From Paludibacteraceae bacterium (GTDB lineage Bacteria; Bacteroidota; Bacteroidia; Bacteroidales; Paludibacteraceae), in assembly GCA_045612365.1 (NCBI GenBank), contig JAZKYY010000010.1:5431-69430 (forward strand): DNA of 64,000 bases, read 5' to 3'. Below are positions 31,001 to 40,360 of this stretch, piece after piece (within the stretch, counting starts at the first letter, position 1; each line of letters starts with the position of its first letter). The notes under the pieces were generated by a model. It was given only the letters and a program-made list of their open reading frames with translations, did no database searches and was not told the DNA's origin. Made by a program: the position numbers and the translations under genes.

Positions 31001-32653
31001 ATGAAAAAGTTTTTTTCTTTATTAATCATAGCATGTTTGTTGGGATTTGTCGCTATTCTGCTTCAAGGTAAAAAATGTTGCCATATTGTCTCTCAAGATT
31101 CTGCCAACCTAGATATAGTAATCAGAGCTGATAGTAATTATACTGGAAGAGGTAATAAAGATGAGATGATGTTGTATGTAAAAATTCTATCACCTTTTGA
31201 ATTAACGTTGTCTGGTATGCAACTGGAAGTTTTAGGAAGTAATATATCAGATGTGGAGAAGATAAAGATTTATCATACATCAACTCCGAGTTTTGACTCA
31301 AGAAAGTCATCTTCTTATTCAAAGATAGGTGAAATTACTCCGGATTTATTAGGGAAAACATTCATAAATATTTCTGCTGAGTTGAAGAAGGAAACAGAAA
31401 ATTATCTGTGGGTAACTTACGATATTTCATCAAAAGCAAAAGAAGGAAATGTGGTTTCTGCAAAACTAACTTCTATTTCTGTTGACAAGAAAACTATTCT
31501 TATGACAGATGAAGTAGTAGCAGAGAGAGAAATTTTATTGACAAGAAAATTAATTTATGCTCCAGGAGATTATAATTCCCAAAATTATCGTATTCCTGCA
31601 ATTGTAACTGCAAAAGATGGTTCGTTGGTTATTGGTACAGATAAACGGAAAAATAACCAAAGTGATTTGCCAGAAGATATTGATGTTTTAATTAATAGGA
31701 GTTGTAATAATGGTGTAAATTGGACAGCGCCAATTGTTGTTGCGCAAGGTCAGGGAAAGGGCGCAGGTTTTGGTGATGTAGGATTAGTGAGAACAGCCGA
31801 ACCAAATGGGTTGTTGGCGATTTATGTTGGTGGTGATGGTTTTTTTGATCCGCTTTCTACGAACGACAAAAAACAACGCATTTATGTTTCAAAAAGTTTA
31901 GATAATGGAGCTTCTTGGGAGAATAAAATTGAAATTACCGATCAATTATATGGATCAGCATGTCCAGTTGTTTCACGTAGAGGATGGCAAGCAGCATTTG
32001 TTTCCTCGGGTGCAGGATTGTTGACTCGCGATGGAGTGATTTGTTTTGTGGCAGTAGTGCGAGAAACGAATTCTACTGATGTGGATTCTTTTACGAATTA
32101 TGTATTTTATTCGGAAGATAATGGTGCAACTTGGAAGGTTTCCTCCTGTTGTATGAATGAAAGAGCTAATGAGGCAAAAATAGTAGAACTTAACGATGGA
32201 AGTTGGTTGGTCAGTATAAGGAACCAAAAGAAAGGTCCTCGTTATTATACAATCTCAAAGGATAGAGGACAAACCTGGTCTCCAATTGCTCAATGGGAGA
32301 ATATGATAGAACCTGGATGTAATGGAGACATTGTCAATTATACTACCATACTGGATGGCTATGACAAAAATAGAATGTTGCATACGATTCCATTTCACCC
32401 GACACGACGTTTGAATGTTTCAATGTTCTTAAGTTATGATGAGGGAAAAACGTGGGAGTACAAGAAAACGCTTTGTAAGACTGGGTCAGCTTATTCTTCT
32501 ATATGTGTTTTGCCCGATAATACAATCGGAGTGTATTTAGAGGAAAATGGTAATGATCCTGAAAATGGAGATTATTCTACTTATTTTTTGAATTTTTCCT
32601 TTGATTGGTTAACCGGAGGAGAAGATAAGGTATCTTGTGTATCAAAGAATTAA
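31001..32653 (+). CDS. Exo-alpha-sialidase (GH33) with N-terminal accessory domain
   Basis: FRIP-type 'YRIPAIV' and four Asp-boxes ('SLDNGASW', 'SEDNGATW', 'SKDRGQTW', 'SYDEGKTW'). Signal/anchor 'MKKFFSLLIIACLLGFVAIL'. Confidence 0.88.
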   Translation: MKKFFSLLIIACLLGFVAILLQGKKCCHIVSQDSANLDIVIRADSNYTGRGNKDEMMLYVKILSPFELTLSGMQLEVLGSNISDVEKIKIYHTSTPSFDSRKSSSYSKIGEITPDLLGKTFINISAELKKETENYLWVTYDISSKAKEGNVVSAKLTSISVDKKTILMTDEVVAEREILLTRKLIYAPGDYNSQNYRIPAIVTAKDGSLVIGTDKRKNNQSDLPEDIDVLINRSCNNGVNWTAPIVVAQGQGKGAGFGDVGLVRTAEPNGLLAIYVGGDGFFDPLSTNDKKQRIYVSKSLDNGASWENKIEITDQLYGSACPVVSRRGWQAAFVSSGAGLLTRDGVICFVAVVRETNSTDVDSFTNYVFYSEDNGATWKVSSCCMNERANEAKIVELNDGSWLVSIRNQKKGPRYYTISKDRGQTWSPIAQWENMIEPGCNGDIVNYTTILDGYDKNRMLHTIPFHPTRRLNVSMFLSYDEGKTWEYKKTLCKTGSAYSSICVLPDNTIGVYLEENGNDPENGDYSTYFLNFSFDWLTGGEDKVSCVSKN

Positions 32654-32666
32654 GAAAGATTGGAAA

Positions 32667-32700
32667 TAAAAAAAGAGAAGTTTAAACTTCTCTTTTTTTA
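32667..32700. terminator. Bidirectional terminator (sialidase / ferredoxin)
   Basis: Palindrome GAGAAGTTTAAACTTCTC flanked by an A-run and a T-run. Confidence 0.8.
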
Positions 32701-32721
32701 TTTTGTATTTCCTTATATGAA

Positions 32722-32889
32722 TTATTCTGGATGAATAGCTTCAGAAGGACATACATCTGCACAAGTACCACATTCGGTACAGATTTCTGGATCGATAGAA
32801 TAGATATCTCCCTCAGAAATTGCTTCTACAGGACACTCGCTAATGCAAGTTCCACAAGCAATACAATCATCACTAATTACGTAAGCCAT
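32722..32889 (-). CDS. 2x[4Fe-4S] ferredoxin (55 aa; below the ORF-track length cut-off)
   Basis: My hand translation of the minus strand gives MAYVISDDCIACGTCISECPVEAISEGDIYSIDPEICTECGTCADVCPSEAIHPE*. It has two CxxCxxCxxxCP motifs. Confidence 0.85.
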   Translation of the reverse strand: MAYVISDDCIACGTCISECPVEAISEGDIYSIDPEICTECGTCADVCPSEAIHPE

Positions 32890-32933
32890 AATTTTATTGT
32901 TTAATAATTTGTTTTTTTTAATTCATAGCAAAA

Positions 32934-33587
32934 TTAAAATGTTTTTATTTCATCAACAAATTTTTCCAAGTCTTTTTCAAAAAACTCTTCTAAAGTAGTA
33001 TTTGTAGTTGGTTTGTAGCATATAAAACCTAGTTTTGATGCTGTTTCTATGTTTGTTTGTCCATCGTCTATAAACAGGGTTTCTTGTGGATTGATATTAG
33101 TTTTTTCTATCATAAAGCTGAAAATCTCTTCGTTAGGTTTAGTGATTTTTAGCTCGTATGATAGAAAGCAAAAGTCAAAAAAGTCTTCCAATTTTTTTCC
33201 TTCTTTCTCAAAGAAAGAACATCTAACCCATTCAAAATGAATGGGGTTTGTGTTGCTCAATAGATAAATTCTATAGTTTGTCTTAAGACGAAGAATCTGA
33301 CGAAGTTTGTAATCAGATATAGTAATCAGAAAAGCAAGCCAAGCTTTTTTGATTTCGTTGTCAGAGCATTGTGGAAGAAAGTTCTGTTTTATAAAATCAT
33401 AAAAATCTATTTCTGTGGCGTTTCCTTCCTCTAATGCTAAAAAAATATCTTTTTGTTTGAAGTCTCCAATGTAATCTTTTATATTCTTAAATCCCAATTT
33501 TTGAAATTCGCGGACGCATGCCATTCTGTCAATATCCACAAGCACGCCACCCATATCGAAAACGATGTTTTTTATAGTTTTTTTCAT
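32934..33587 (-). CDS. HAD family hydrolase
   Basis: Motif I 'VFDMGGVLVD', 'LLSNTN' and 'LFIDDGQTNI'. The ATG at 33587 (MKKTIKN...) is preferred. Confidence 0.8.
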   Translation of the reverse strand: MKKTIKNIVFDMGGVLVDIDRMACVREFQKLGFKNIKDYIGDFKQKDIFLALEEGNATEIDFYDFIKQNFLPQCSDNEIKKAWLAFLITISDYKLRQILRLKTNYRIYLLSNTNPIHFEWVRCSFFEKEGKKLEDFFDFCFLSYELKITKPNEEIFSFMIEKTNINPQETLFIDDGQTNIETASKLGFICYKPTTNTTLEEFFEKDLEKFVDEIKTF

Positions 33588-33715
33588 ATCTTTCGTTTTT
33601 CTCCTAGCAAAATTATAATGCCTATAACAAATAAGCAAATCTGAGAAAAATAATATTGTTTTACTTTTTATTTCAATCTCAGTACTATCGTAATAAAATC
33701 TTTGTCAACTTTTTT

Positions 33716-33723
33716 TACCTTTG
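33716..33723 (+). promoter_or_regulatory. Bacteroidota -7 promoter element (TAnnTTTG)
   Basis: 'TACCTTTG' ends 29 nt upstream of the ATG at 33752. Confidence 0.5.
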
Positions 33724-33751
33724 TGTCGTTAATAATCAAATAGAATAAAAA

Positions 33752-35263
33752 ATGGACTCAAAAATTGCTATGAACCCTAATTTGTTGGTTCAATATTTAG
33801 AAAAGCCAGCAGCAGAATTTACTCGTGCTGATATTGTTCGTTATTGCGAAGAAAACAATGTGGAGTTTATTAATTTTCACTATTGTGGTTGGGATGGTAA
33901 ACTGAAAACATTGAATTTTGTAATTCAAAATCAAGAACATTTAGAGACAATTCTTTCTGCGGGAGAGCGAGTGGATGGCTCAAGTTTGTTCCCTTTTATT
34001 GAGGCAGGAAAAAGTGATTTATATGTGATTCCAAAATATAAAACTGCATTCCGCAATCCTTTTATGCAAGTACCAACAGTTGATATTCTTTGTTCTTTCT
34101 ACAACAGAGAAGGCGAACCTTTTGAAAGCTCTCCTGAATATATCCTTAGAAAAGCACATCGTGCTTTTAAGGAAACAACTGGCTTGACCATGGAGGCGAT
34201 GGGCGAGTTGGAGTATTATATTATTGCTCCTGATGAAGGACTTTATCCTGTGCCCGATCAAAAAGGTTATCATGAAAGTGCTCCTTATAACAAGTTTGCT
34301 AGCTACAGAGTAGAAGCAATGCGTTTGATTGCTCAGGCAGGAGGAATGATTAAATACGGGCATTCCGAAGTTGGTAACTTTACTCATGATGGCAAAGTTT
34401 ATGAGCAAAATGAGATAGAGTTTCTCCCAACAAATATTGAAGATGCTGCAGATCAACTTGTGGTGGCAAAATGGATTATGCGTCAGTTGGCGTACGAATA
34501 TGGTGTTACATTAACCTTTGCCCCAAAAATTACAGTAGGGAAAGCAGGTTCTGGAATGCACGTTCATTGCAAATTCACTAAAGATGGTAAGTCTATGATG
34601 CTCCGAAATGGAGAACTTTCTGATGAATGTAAAAAAGCTATTGCGGGTTATATGGTAGCAGGAACCTCTTTGCCAGCGTTTGGCAATCCTAATCCATTGT
34701 CATTTATGCGTTTAGTTCCTCATCAAGAAGCGCCAACATCGCTTTGTTGGTCGTTCTCAAATCGTAGTGCATTGGTACGTGTACCTCTTGGATGGATTAA
34801 TAATGGCAAAGATATGGCTGCAGATTGTAATCCTATTGAGAAACAATCGAACAAAGATTTTAGCGATAAGCAGACTTTTGAGTGGAGAGCATCTGATGGA
34901 TGTGCAGATATGTATTTGCTTATGGCTGCGCTTTGTGCTGCTGCTCGACATGGATTTGAACTACCCAATGCACTTGATATTGCAGAAAAAACTTATGTTG
35001 GTCTTGGCGTAAATATTCACGACGAGAAAAATAAGCAAGTTCAAGAGTCGCTCGAACAGTTGCCTGATAGTTGTGTAGCTGCCGCAAAAGAATTGGAAAA
35101 AGATCGTGAAATTTATACTAGTAAGGGAGTTTTCTCTGATAATATCGTTGATTATGTTATTAAATATCTAAATGGATTTAATGATGAAAATCTTCGTGCA
35201 GAGTTGGGTAATGATACCGAAAAAATTATGAAATTGGTAAATGAAAATATTCATGTCGGATAA
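33752..35263 (+). CDS. glnA: Glutamine synthetase family protein (~500-aa form)
   Basis: ATP-site motif 'PKITVGKAGSGMHVHCKF', plus 'NEIEF' and 'NRSALVRVP' GS motifs. Confidence 0.88.
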   Translation: MDSKIAMNPNLLVQYLEKPAAEFTRADIVRYCEENNVEFINFHYCGWDGKLKTLNFVIQNQEHLETILSAGERVDGSSLFPFIEAGKSDLYVIPKYKTAFRNPFMQVPTVDILCSFYNREGEPFESSPEYILRKAHRAFKETTGLTMEAMGELEYYIIAPDEGLYPVPDQKGYHESAPYNKFASYRVEAMRLIAQAGGMIKYGHSEVGNFTHDGKVYEQNEIEFLPTNIEDAADQLVVAKWIMRQLAYEYGVTLTFAPKITVGKAGSGMHVHCKFTKDGKSMMLRNGELSDECKKAIAGYMVAGTSLPAFGNPNPLSFMRLVPHQEAPTSLCWSFSNRSALVRVPLGWINNGKDMAADCNPIEKQSNKDFSDKQTFEWRASDGCADMYLLMAALCAAARHGFELPNALDIAEKTYVGLGVNIHDEKNKQVQESLEQLPDSCVAAAKELEKDREIYTSKGVFSDNIVDYVIKYLNGFNDENLRAELGNDTEKIMKLVNENIHVG

Positions 35264-35278
35264 TTCTTTCTTATAATA

Positions 35279-35311
35279 AAAAAAAAGGGAGGTTTTTACC
35301 TCCCTTTTTTT
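35279..35311. terminator. Bidirectional terminator (glnA / argG)
   Basis: Stem AAAGGGAGG/CCTCCCTTT with a TTTTTA loop and flanking A/T runs. Confidence 0.85.
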
Positions 35312-35328
35312 ATTGTAAAGTAAAGATT

Positions 35329-36528
35329 TTACTTTTTATTGCGGTTTTGAACATTGTGATAAATCTTCATCTGATTTCCAAGAATCTTTGTGAAACCTTT
35401 TACATCGTCAGAAGTCCACGCTTTATTTACTTCTCCGTATTCACCAAAATCGGTTTTCATCAAATCGAAATCACTCTCAACTCCAACCAACGTATAGCTA
35501 TAAGGACGAAGTTTGATTATAACTGTTCCGGTTACATTTTGTTGTGAGTTTTCAAGGAATTTCTCAATATCGCGCATCACTGGTTCAAGGTATTGCGCTT
35601 CGTGAAGGAACATTCCATACCAAGTTCCAAGTTGGTCTTTCCAATATTGTTGCCATTTGGTAAGAGCGTGTTTTTCAAGCATTTTGTGAGCATTGATAAT
35701 GAGCAGAGCTCCTGCAGCCTCAAATCCAACACGGCCTTTAATTCCAATAATTGTGTCGCCAATGTGCATGTCGCGTCCGATACCAAATGCTGAACCTAGT
35801 TCTTCTACTTTGTTTATAGCCGCAATTTTGTCAGAGAATTTTTCTCCATTTACTGCTACAATTTCTCCTTTTTCAAACGAGATAGAGATTTCTTCTTCCT
35901 CTTGTTTTTTTACTTGTTTTGGATAAGCGTTTTCTGGCAGAGTCAAATTCGATTTCAATGTCTCTTTTCCTCCGATAGATGTCCCCCAAAGTCCAGCATT
36001 TATACTATATTCCATTTTTTTGAAATCTGCTTCGAAACCATGCTTTTTCAAATAATCAATCTCGTACTCGCGAGTTAAAACCATATCGCGTGTAGGGGTT
36101 AGAATCTTGATTTCAGGAGCAAGGATTTCGAATGTTAGGTCGAAGCGCACTTGGTCATTACCTGCGCCTGTGCTTCCGTGAGCAACATAGTCGGCACCAA
36201 TTTCTTTTGCACAATTGATGATTGCCATTGCTTGAAAAATACGCTCCGAGCTTACAGAGATTGGATAAGTTCCATTGCGAAGCACATTTCCAAATACCAT
36301 GTATTTAATGCTTTTTTCGTAATACTCATTAGTAACATCAAGCGTATAGTGTTTTTTTGCACCAAGTTGATAAGCTCGTTCTTCTATTTGCACTAATTCT
36401 TCAGCGCTAAAACCACCGGTGTTAGCAATTGCAGTATACACTTCGTAACCTTTGTCTTCCGACAAATATTTTACGCAAAACGAGGTGTCCAAACCTCCAC
36501 TAAAAGCTAATAATACTTTTTCTTTCAT
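35329..36528 (-). CDS. argG: Argininosuccinate synthase
   Basis: 'LAFSGGLDTS' ATP motif and 'HGSTGAGNDQVRF'. Confidence 0.95.
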   Translation of the reverse strand: MKEKVLLAFSGGLDTSFCVKYLSEDKGYEVYTAIANTGGFSAEELVQIEERAYQLGAKKHYTLDVTNEYYEKSIKYMVFGNVLRNGTYPISVSSERIFQAMAIINCAKEIGADYVAHGSTGAGNDQVRFDLTFEILAPEIKILTPTRDMVLTREYEIDYLKKHGFEADFKKMEYSINAGLWGTSIGGKETLKSNLTLPENAYPKQVKKQEEEEISISFEKGEIVAVNGEKFSDKIAAINKVEELGSAFGIGRDMHIGDTIIGIKGRVGFEAAGALLIINAHKMLEKHALTKWQQYWKDQLGTWYGMFLHEAQYLEPVMRDIEKFLENSQQNVTGTVIIKLRPYSYTLVGVESDFDLMKTDFGEYGEVNKAWTSDDVKGFTKILGNQMKIYHNVQNRNKK

Positions 36529-37115
36529 TTTATTTTAATTTTTTCAATAATTTTTTTGATTGGATTTTTCTTATGTTTTTCGGGATCAAAAAGCATGGCA
36601 GTACAGATGCAGTAGCGACGATTCGTCCTCTTTAGTATATCAGAGTTTACACATCCCTCGCAACCTTTCCAAAATTGTTCGTCATCGGTCAGGTCGGCGA
36701 AAGTTACAGGTACATAGCCAAGTTCTGTGTTGATTTTCATTACTGCAGCACCAGATGTTAGCCCAAAAAGTTTAGCATTAGGGAAACGTTTTCTTGATAA
36801 GTCAAAAGAGAACTTCTTTATGCGTTTTGCTAATCCCATTCCTCTGAATTTTGGGTTCACAATTAATCCTGAATTTGCTACATATTGCTTGTCTCCCCAA
36901 CTTTCTATATAACAAAATCCTGCAAACTCATCGTCAAAAAGAGCTATGATTGCCTTGCCTTCGCGCATTTTTGTTTCAACATATTCGTGTGTGCGTTTTG
37001 CAATGCCAGTTCCTCTTACTTTTGACGATTCTTCAATAGTTTTTAGAATTGTGTCGATGTACTTAAAATGACTTTCGTTTGCTACGCAAATTGTTATGTC
37101 GTTTTTTTTCTTCAT
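36525..37115 (-). CDS. GNAT acetyl/acyl-transferase of the arginine operon, with a Cys-rich C-terminus
   Basis: 'RGMGLAKRI' acyl-CoA motif and C-terminal 'WKGCEGCVNS...RRYCICTA'. 4-nt overlaps with both argR and argG. Confidence 0.75.
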   Translation of the reverse strand: MKKKNDITICVANESHFKYIDTILKTIEESSKVRGTGIAKRTHEYVETKMREGKAIIALFDDEFAGFCYIESWGDKQYVANSGLIVNPKFRGMGLAKRIKKFSFDLSRKRFPNAKLFGLTSGAAVMKINTELGYVPVTFADLTDDEQFWKGCEGCVNSDILKRTNRRYCICTAMLFDPEKHKKNPIKKIIEKIKIK

Positions 37116-37570
37116 TTTAACAAAGTTAAATTAGGAATAATTGTTTCAAGTTTTTCTGTAAATATAGTGTGTGAGATATTCTCTTTTAGAACAACAAACA
37201 CCGTGTCGTCTCCTGCAATAGAACCCAAAATGATACTTTCAAGAGTGTTGTCCACAGCACTTGCTACAACGCTAGCATAACCTGGCGATGTACGTAATAC
37301 AGCTAAGTTTCCCGAAAAGGCTAAACTAATGCTACTTTCGGCGGAAACTGATTGTTTTGTTTTGGTTTCTATATGAGAACGATAGTGATAAAGTCCGTTG
37401 CCGTCAGGAAGTTTTACAATTTTAAGTTCTTTCAAGTCTCTAGAAAGAGTTGCTTGTGTGCTGACACAATTATTAGCGGCCAATAAAGCCAACAACTCAT
37501 CTTGATCCTTGATTTTCCTAGAATTAATAAGTTGTGTGATACAATTATGCCTCCACTGTTTCTTATTCAT
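37112..37570 (-). CDS. argR: Arginine repressor
   Basis: N-terminal winged-helix region ('VSTQATLSRDLKEL') and the C-terminal 'GSIAGDDTVFVV' arginine-binding motif. Confidence 0.88.
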   Translation of the reverse strand: MNKKQWRHNCITQLINSRKIKDQDELLALLAANNCVSTQATLSRDLKELKIVKLPDGNGLYHYRSHIETKTKQSVSAESSISLAFSGNLAVLRTSPGYASVVASAVDNTLESIILGSIAGDDTVFVVLKENISHTIFTEKLETIIPNLTLLK

Positions 37571-37581
37571 ATTTTTATCAA

Positions 37582-37599
37582 AATGAATATTTTTTCAAA
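37582..37599. promoter_or_regulatory. Candidate ARG box 1
   Basis: 'aaTGAATATTTTTTCAaa' compared with the consensus tnTGAATwwwwATTCAnw, 12-29 nt upstream of the argR start. The AT-rich background raises the chance-match risk. Confidence 0.35.
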
Positions 37600-37608
37600 A
37601 AATGTCCG

Positions 37609-37616
37609 CAAAAATA
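37609..37616 (-). promoter_or_regulatory. Bacteroidota -7 promoter element (TAnnTTTG) for the argR operon
   Basis: The minus strand reads 'TATTTTTG', 39 nt upstream of the argR ATG and between the two ARG-box candidates. Confidence 0.45.
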
Positions 37617-37622
37617 GTTTTA

Positions 37623-37640
37623 TTTGAATATTTATGCAAG
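37623..37640. promoter_or_regulatory. Candidate ARG box 2
   Basis: 'ttTGAATATTTATGCAag' compared with the ARG-box consensus. Confidence 0.3.
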
Positions 37641-37704
37641 AAAAAGAACAAAAAAAGAAGAGATCAAGTCTCTTCTTTTCTTTAAAATATGTTTTAATTA
37701 AAAT

Positions 37705-38310
37705 TTATTCAATTCCTTTGACTTTTTTCATTAAATCTTGGTTATTAAGGATTTCTATGATTTCTGCAGAAATGTCATATCCATCAATAGCATATACTAC
37801 TTGTTCCTGCATTGCACTTGTGGAAAGTATCATGTGGAAACGATTGTCGTTATTGAAATACTTAATTACATCAATCAAATCTTCATGAAGTTTTTGGTTG
37901 ACTTCTTGTTGTTCTTTAAGAAGTTCTTGTGTGAGTTTTTGATCAAGTTGTTGCAATTCAAGTTCTTTCTTTTGTAGTCTTTCTGCTTCTTTTTCAGCAC
38001 GTTCGCGACTTAAGAATGCGTTGTTTTCCAATTTGCGTTGGAATTCTTCCATTTCCTCTTGCAATTTCTTTGCTTTTGAATTAATGTTCAATCGAGCATC
38101 TTCTTGTTTTTTTATCAATTTTTCGTTCGCTTCTACAGCATAATCGCAATTCAACAAAATTGTATCCAAATTGACATACGCAAGAGGCAATTTTTTGCAA
38201 ACACTATCACAGGTGTAAAAATCATTTTTTTGCTCTTTTGGGCAATCACTTTTTTTGCAAGAAACCATCATGCTTGCAATCACTACGGCTAATACTATTA
38301 CTTTTTTCAT
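37705..38310 (-). CDS. OmpH/Skp family periplasmic chaperone
   Basis: Lipoprotein-type signal ('MMVSC') and a long charged coiled coil ('KKLQEEMEEFQRKLENN...') typical of OmpH. Confidence 0.8.
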   Translation of the reverse strand: MKKVIVLAVVIASMMVSCKKSDCPKEQKNDFYTCDSVCKKLPLAYVNLDTILLNCDYAVEANEKLIKKQEDARLNINSKAKKLQEEMEEFQRKLENNAFLSRERAEKEAERLQKKELELQQLDQKLTQELLKEQQEVNQKLHEDLIDVIKYFNNDNRFHMILSTSAMQEQVVYAIDGYDISAEIIEILNNQDLMKKVKGIE

Positions 38311-38318
38311 TATATAAA

Positions 38319-38504
38319 TTATTTAGTTATTCTTTTTTGTTCTTCTCTATCTTGTGAAGAATAGCAACCTATTCCTCTTTTTTTTAGTGCCTTATTCCCT
38401 CCTATATGGATATTTGGGAATTTCCTCTTAAGAAAAAAAACACGTATTCCTAAAAGCATTACTGCCGAAAATACTAATACGAAAACAACCAACAAACTTT
38501 TCAT
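38319..38504 (-). CDS. Small single-pass membrane protein (hypothetical)
   Basis: 61 aa from 'MKSLLVVFVLVFSAVMLLGI'. It has one TM helix and a basic tail. The only further support is operon packing. Confidence 0.3.
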   Translation of the reverse strand: MKSLLVVFVLVFSAVMLLGIRVFFLKRKFPNIHIGGNKALKKRGIGCYSSQDREEQKRITK

Positions 38505-38576
38505 CTCAAGGGCAATAAAACTCGGCAAATATAACGATTATCTATTAATCCGTAAATATTAAAAAAGCATAAAAGT

Positions 38577-38900
38577 TTATGCGGGAAATCTAAAACTTAT
38601 AACCAAATCGAAAATGGTTGAGATGATAAGTGTAAGTGCCCAGAGATTAGAACCTGTAAACATAAAATATGCCGATACTACCAATAGAACTGCACTAATA
38701 GCCAACATTTTATTTAATCGTTTTATTCTAAGGTCGGATGACGGACTTACCGTAAGAAAACGAAAAATAATGACCAACGCAGCTCCTAAAGAAAATATAT
38801 AGGGAGCAAAACTCAATTCAAATAACTGAATGGCTGCACCAGATACTACCAAAATGTATCCGACGAAAAACATAATGTGGAGTAATGTTTGTTTTTTCAT
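38577..38900 (-). CDS. Hypothetical 3-4 TM membrane protein
   Basis: 107 aa, strongly hydrophobic, with a 4-nt overlap with the upstream ftsB-like gene. Confidence 0.45.
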   Translation of the reverse strand: MKKQTLLHIMFFVGYILVVSGAAIQLFELSFAPYIFSLGAALVIIFRFLTVSPSSDLRIKRLNKMLAISAVLLVVSAYFMFTGSNLWALTLIISTIFDLVISFRFPA

Positions 38901-39202
38901 TCTTCTATTATAAAAATTTCTTCGTTTGGTTTTTTCATCAAGAATTCTTCTCGTGCAAATTTTTCAATATTGTCGTCTGAATTCAGAGCGTCCATTTTTT
39001 GTTTGTCAATCTCTATTTTTTCTTCAAAATAGGCAATTTCGCGTTTGAGTTTTTCAATTTTTATTTTGTTCATTACCCTTGAAGGAATGTTGTTGGAGTC
39101 AAAAACAAACATTATTAGTAGAAACAAAACAAACGCAATAACGTACTTTGTTTTACTGCTTTTTAAGATTTCTTTTATTCGTTGCAAGAAATTTTTTTTC
39201 AT
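38897..39202 (-). CDS. Septum formation initiator (FtsB/DivIC-like)
   Basis: 101 aa. N-terminal TM helix followed by a short coiled coil ('IKIEKLKREIAYFEEKIEIDKQKMDAL'). Confidence 0.6.
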   Translation of the reverse strand: MKKNFLQRIKEILKSSKTKYVIAFVLFLLIMFVFDSNNIPSRVMNKIKIEKLKREIAYFEEKIEIDKQKMDALNSDDNIEKFAREEFLMKKPNEEIFIIEE

Positions 39203-40227
39203 TTTTCTATGGTGTCTAAAATTTTTTGAATAATGATGTCTGATTCTATTTTTTGCAGACAGTCAAATGTGTTTTTAGGGCAGTGATTTGTTCCATTTAT
39301 TGAGCAAGGACGACAAGGGAGGTCTATTTCTACAATATTTTCTGCAGATTGTTTCCAACCCAAATTTCCTGCAAAATAATGCGTTGATCCCCAAACGGAA
39401 ACTACGGGTGTATTAACTAACGCTGCTAAATGCATATTAGCTGAATCCATCGATAGCATTACGTCGAGTTGTTTGATAAGCTCAAGTTCTTCACCCAACT
39501 GAAGCGATGTATGTACCGCATTAACGTTTTTGTAAATGGTGGCCCAGTCAAGTAAAATTTCGTTTTCTATTTCGCCTGCGCCAAACAAGAATATTTTATA
39601 GTTGCCCTTTTTGTCAAAAAAATCAATGACTTCCTTTGTTTTTTTTAGAGGAAGAATTTTTCCTTTGGCCTGAGCAAAAGGAGCAATACCTATCCATTTC
39701 TCTTTTTTCTTGCCATAAATGGTCTCTATTTTTTGTGCAGTTTCGGGTTGGTTTGTCGCTAGGTGCTCAAATTTATCGTCTGTCTCGAGATGTGATTTCT
39801 CAAATGTCTCTTTGTAACGATCAAACAACGATTTTATCGGTTTCTGTTTCTTGCTCTTCCAAAACAAAAGACTCCACTCTTCTATTTTATTGGGAGATAG
39901 AGAGTATATTTTAGTTCCAGAAAACCAAAAGAGAATTCGGAGAAAAGTACTCCGAAAGTCATTCTGAAGATCTACAACTGTGTCTATATTGTACAATTCT
40001 TTTAGTTCTCGGAAAAGACGCAACGTTCCGCCAATGCCTTTGTGCCGATGGCGAATGTCGGCAGGAGCAAATTTAACGTTCGGCAACTTTTCAAATAGCG
40101 GAGCTAAAAAGAAACGAGACACCATCACGAAGTTTTTATCCTGATGATTGCGCACGAGCGAGTCGAGCAACGGAATAACCATTGATACGTTGCTAATCGA
40201 CGAAAATCTGATAATAAGAATGCTCAT
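39199..40227 (-). CDS. Glycosyltransferase family 9 (heptosyltransferase-like)
   Basis: 'ILIIRFSSI' N-terminus and 'SMDSANMHLAA' GT9 motifs. The ATG at 40227 is preferred over the upstream in-frame extension. Confidence 0.8.
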   Translation of the reverse strand: MSILIIRFSSISNVSMVIPLLDSLVRNHQDKNFVMVSRFFLAPLFEKLPNVKFAPADIRHRHKGIGGTLRLFRELKELYNIDTVVDLQNDFRSTFLRILFWFSGTKIYSLSPNKIEEWSLLFWKSKKQKPIKSLFDRYKETFEKSHLETDDKFEHLATNQPETAQKIETIYGKKKEKWIGIAPFAQAKGKILPLKKTKEVIDFFDKKGNYKIFLFGAGEIENEILLDWATIYKNVNAVHTSLQLGEELELIKQLDVMLSMDSANMHLAALVNTPVVSVWGSTHYFAGNLGWKQSAENIVEIDLPCRPCSINGTNHCPKNTFDCLQKIESDIIIQKILDTIEK

Positions 40228-40360
40228 AACCAATTCTTCTTTTTGCCCTTTGTTCTCCCGACAAAGATACGAAAAAATATCCCTCCTTTTTGTAATCAAA
40301 AAATTTGTAACAGTTGAAAAAATGTGTTTACTTTGCAACCTTGAAAAAAAGGAGATAATT

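Noticed and set aside
40148-40360. 5' extension of the secG ORF.
   Set aside because: It overlaps the divergent GT9 gene start and has no SecG similarity. The ATG at 40361 gives the canonical SecG N-terminus.
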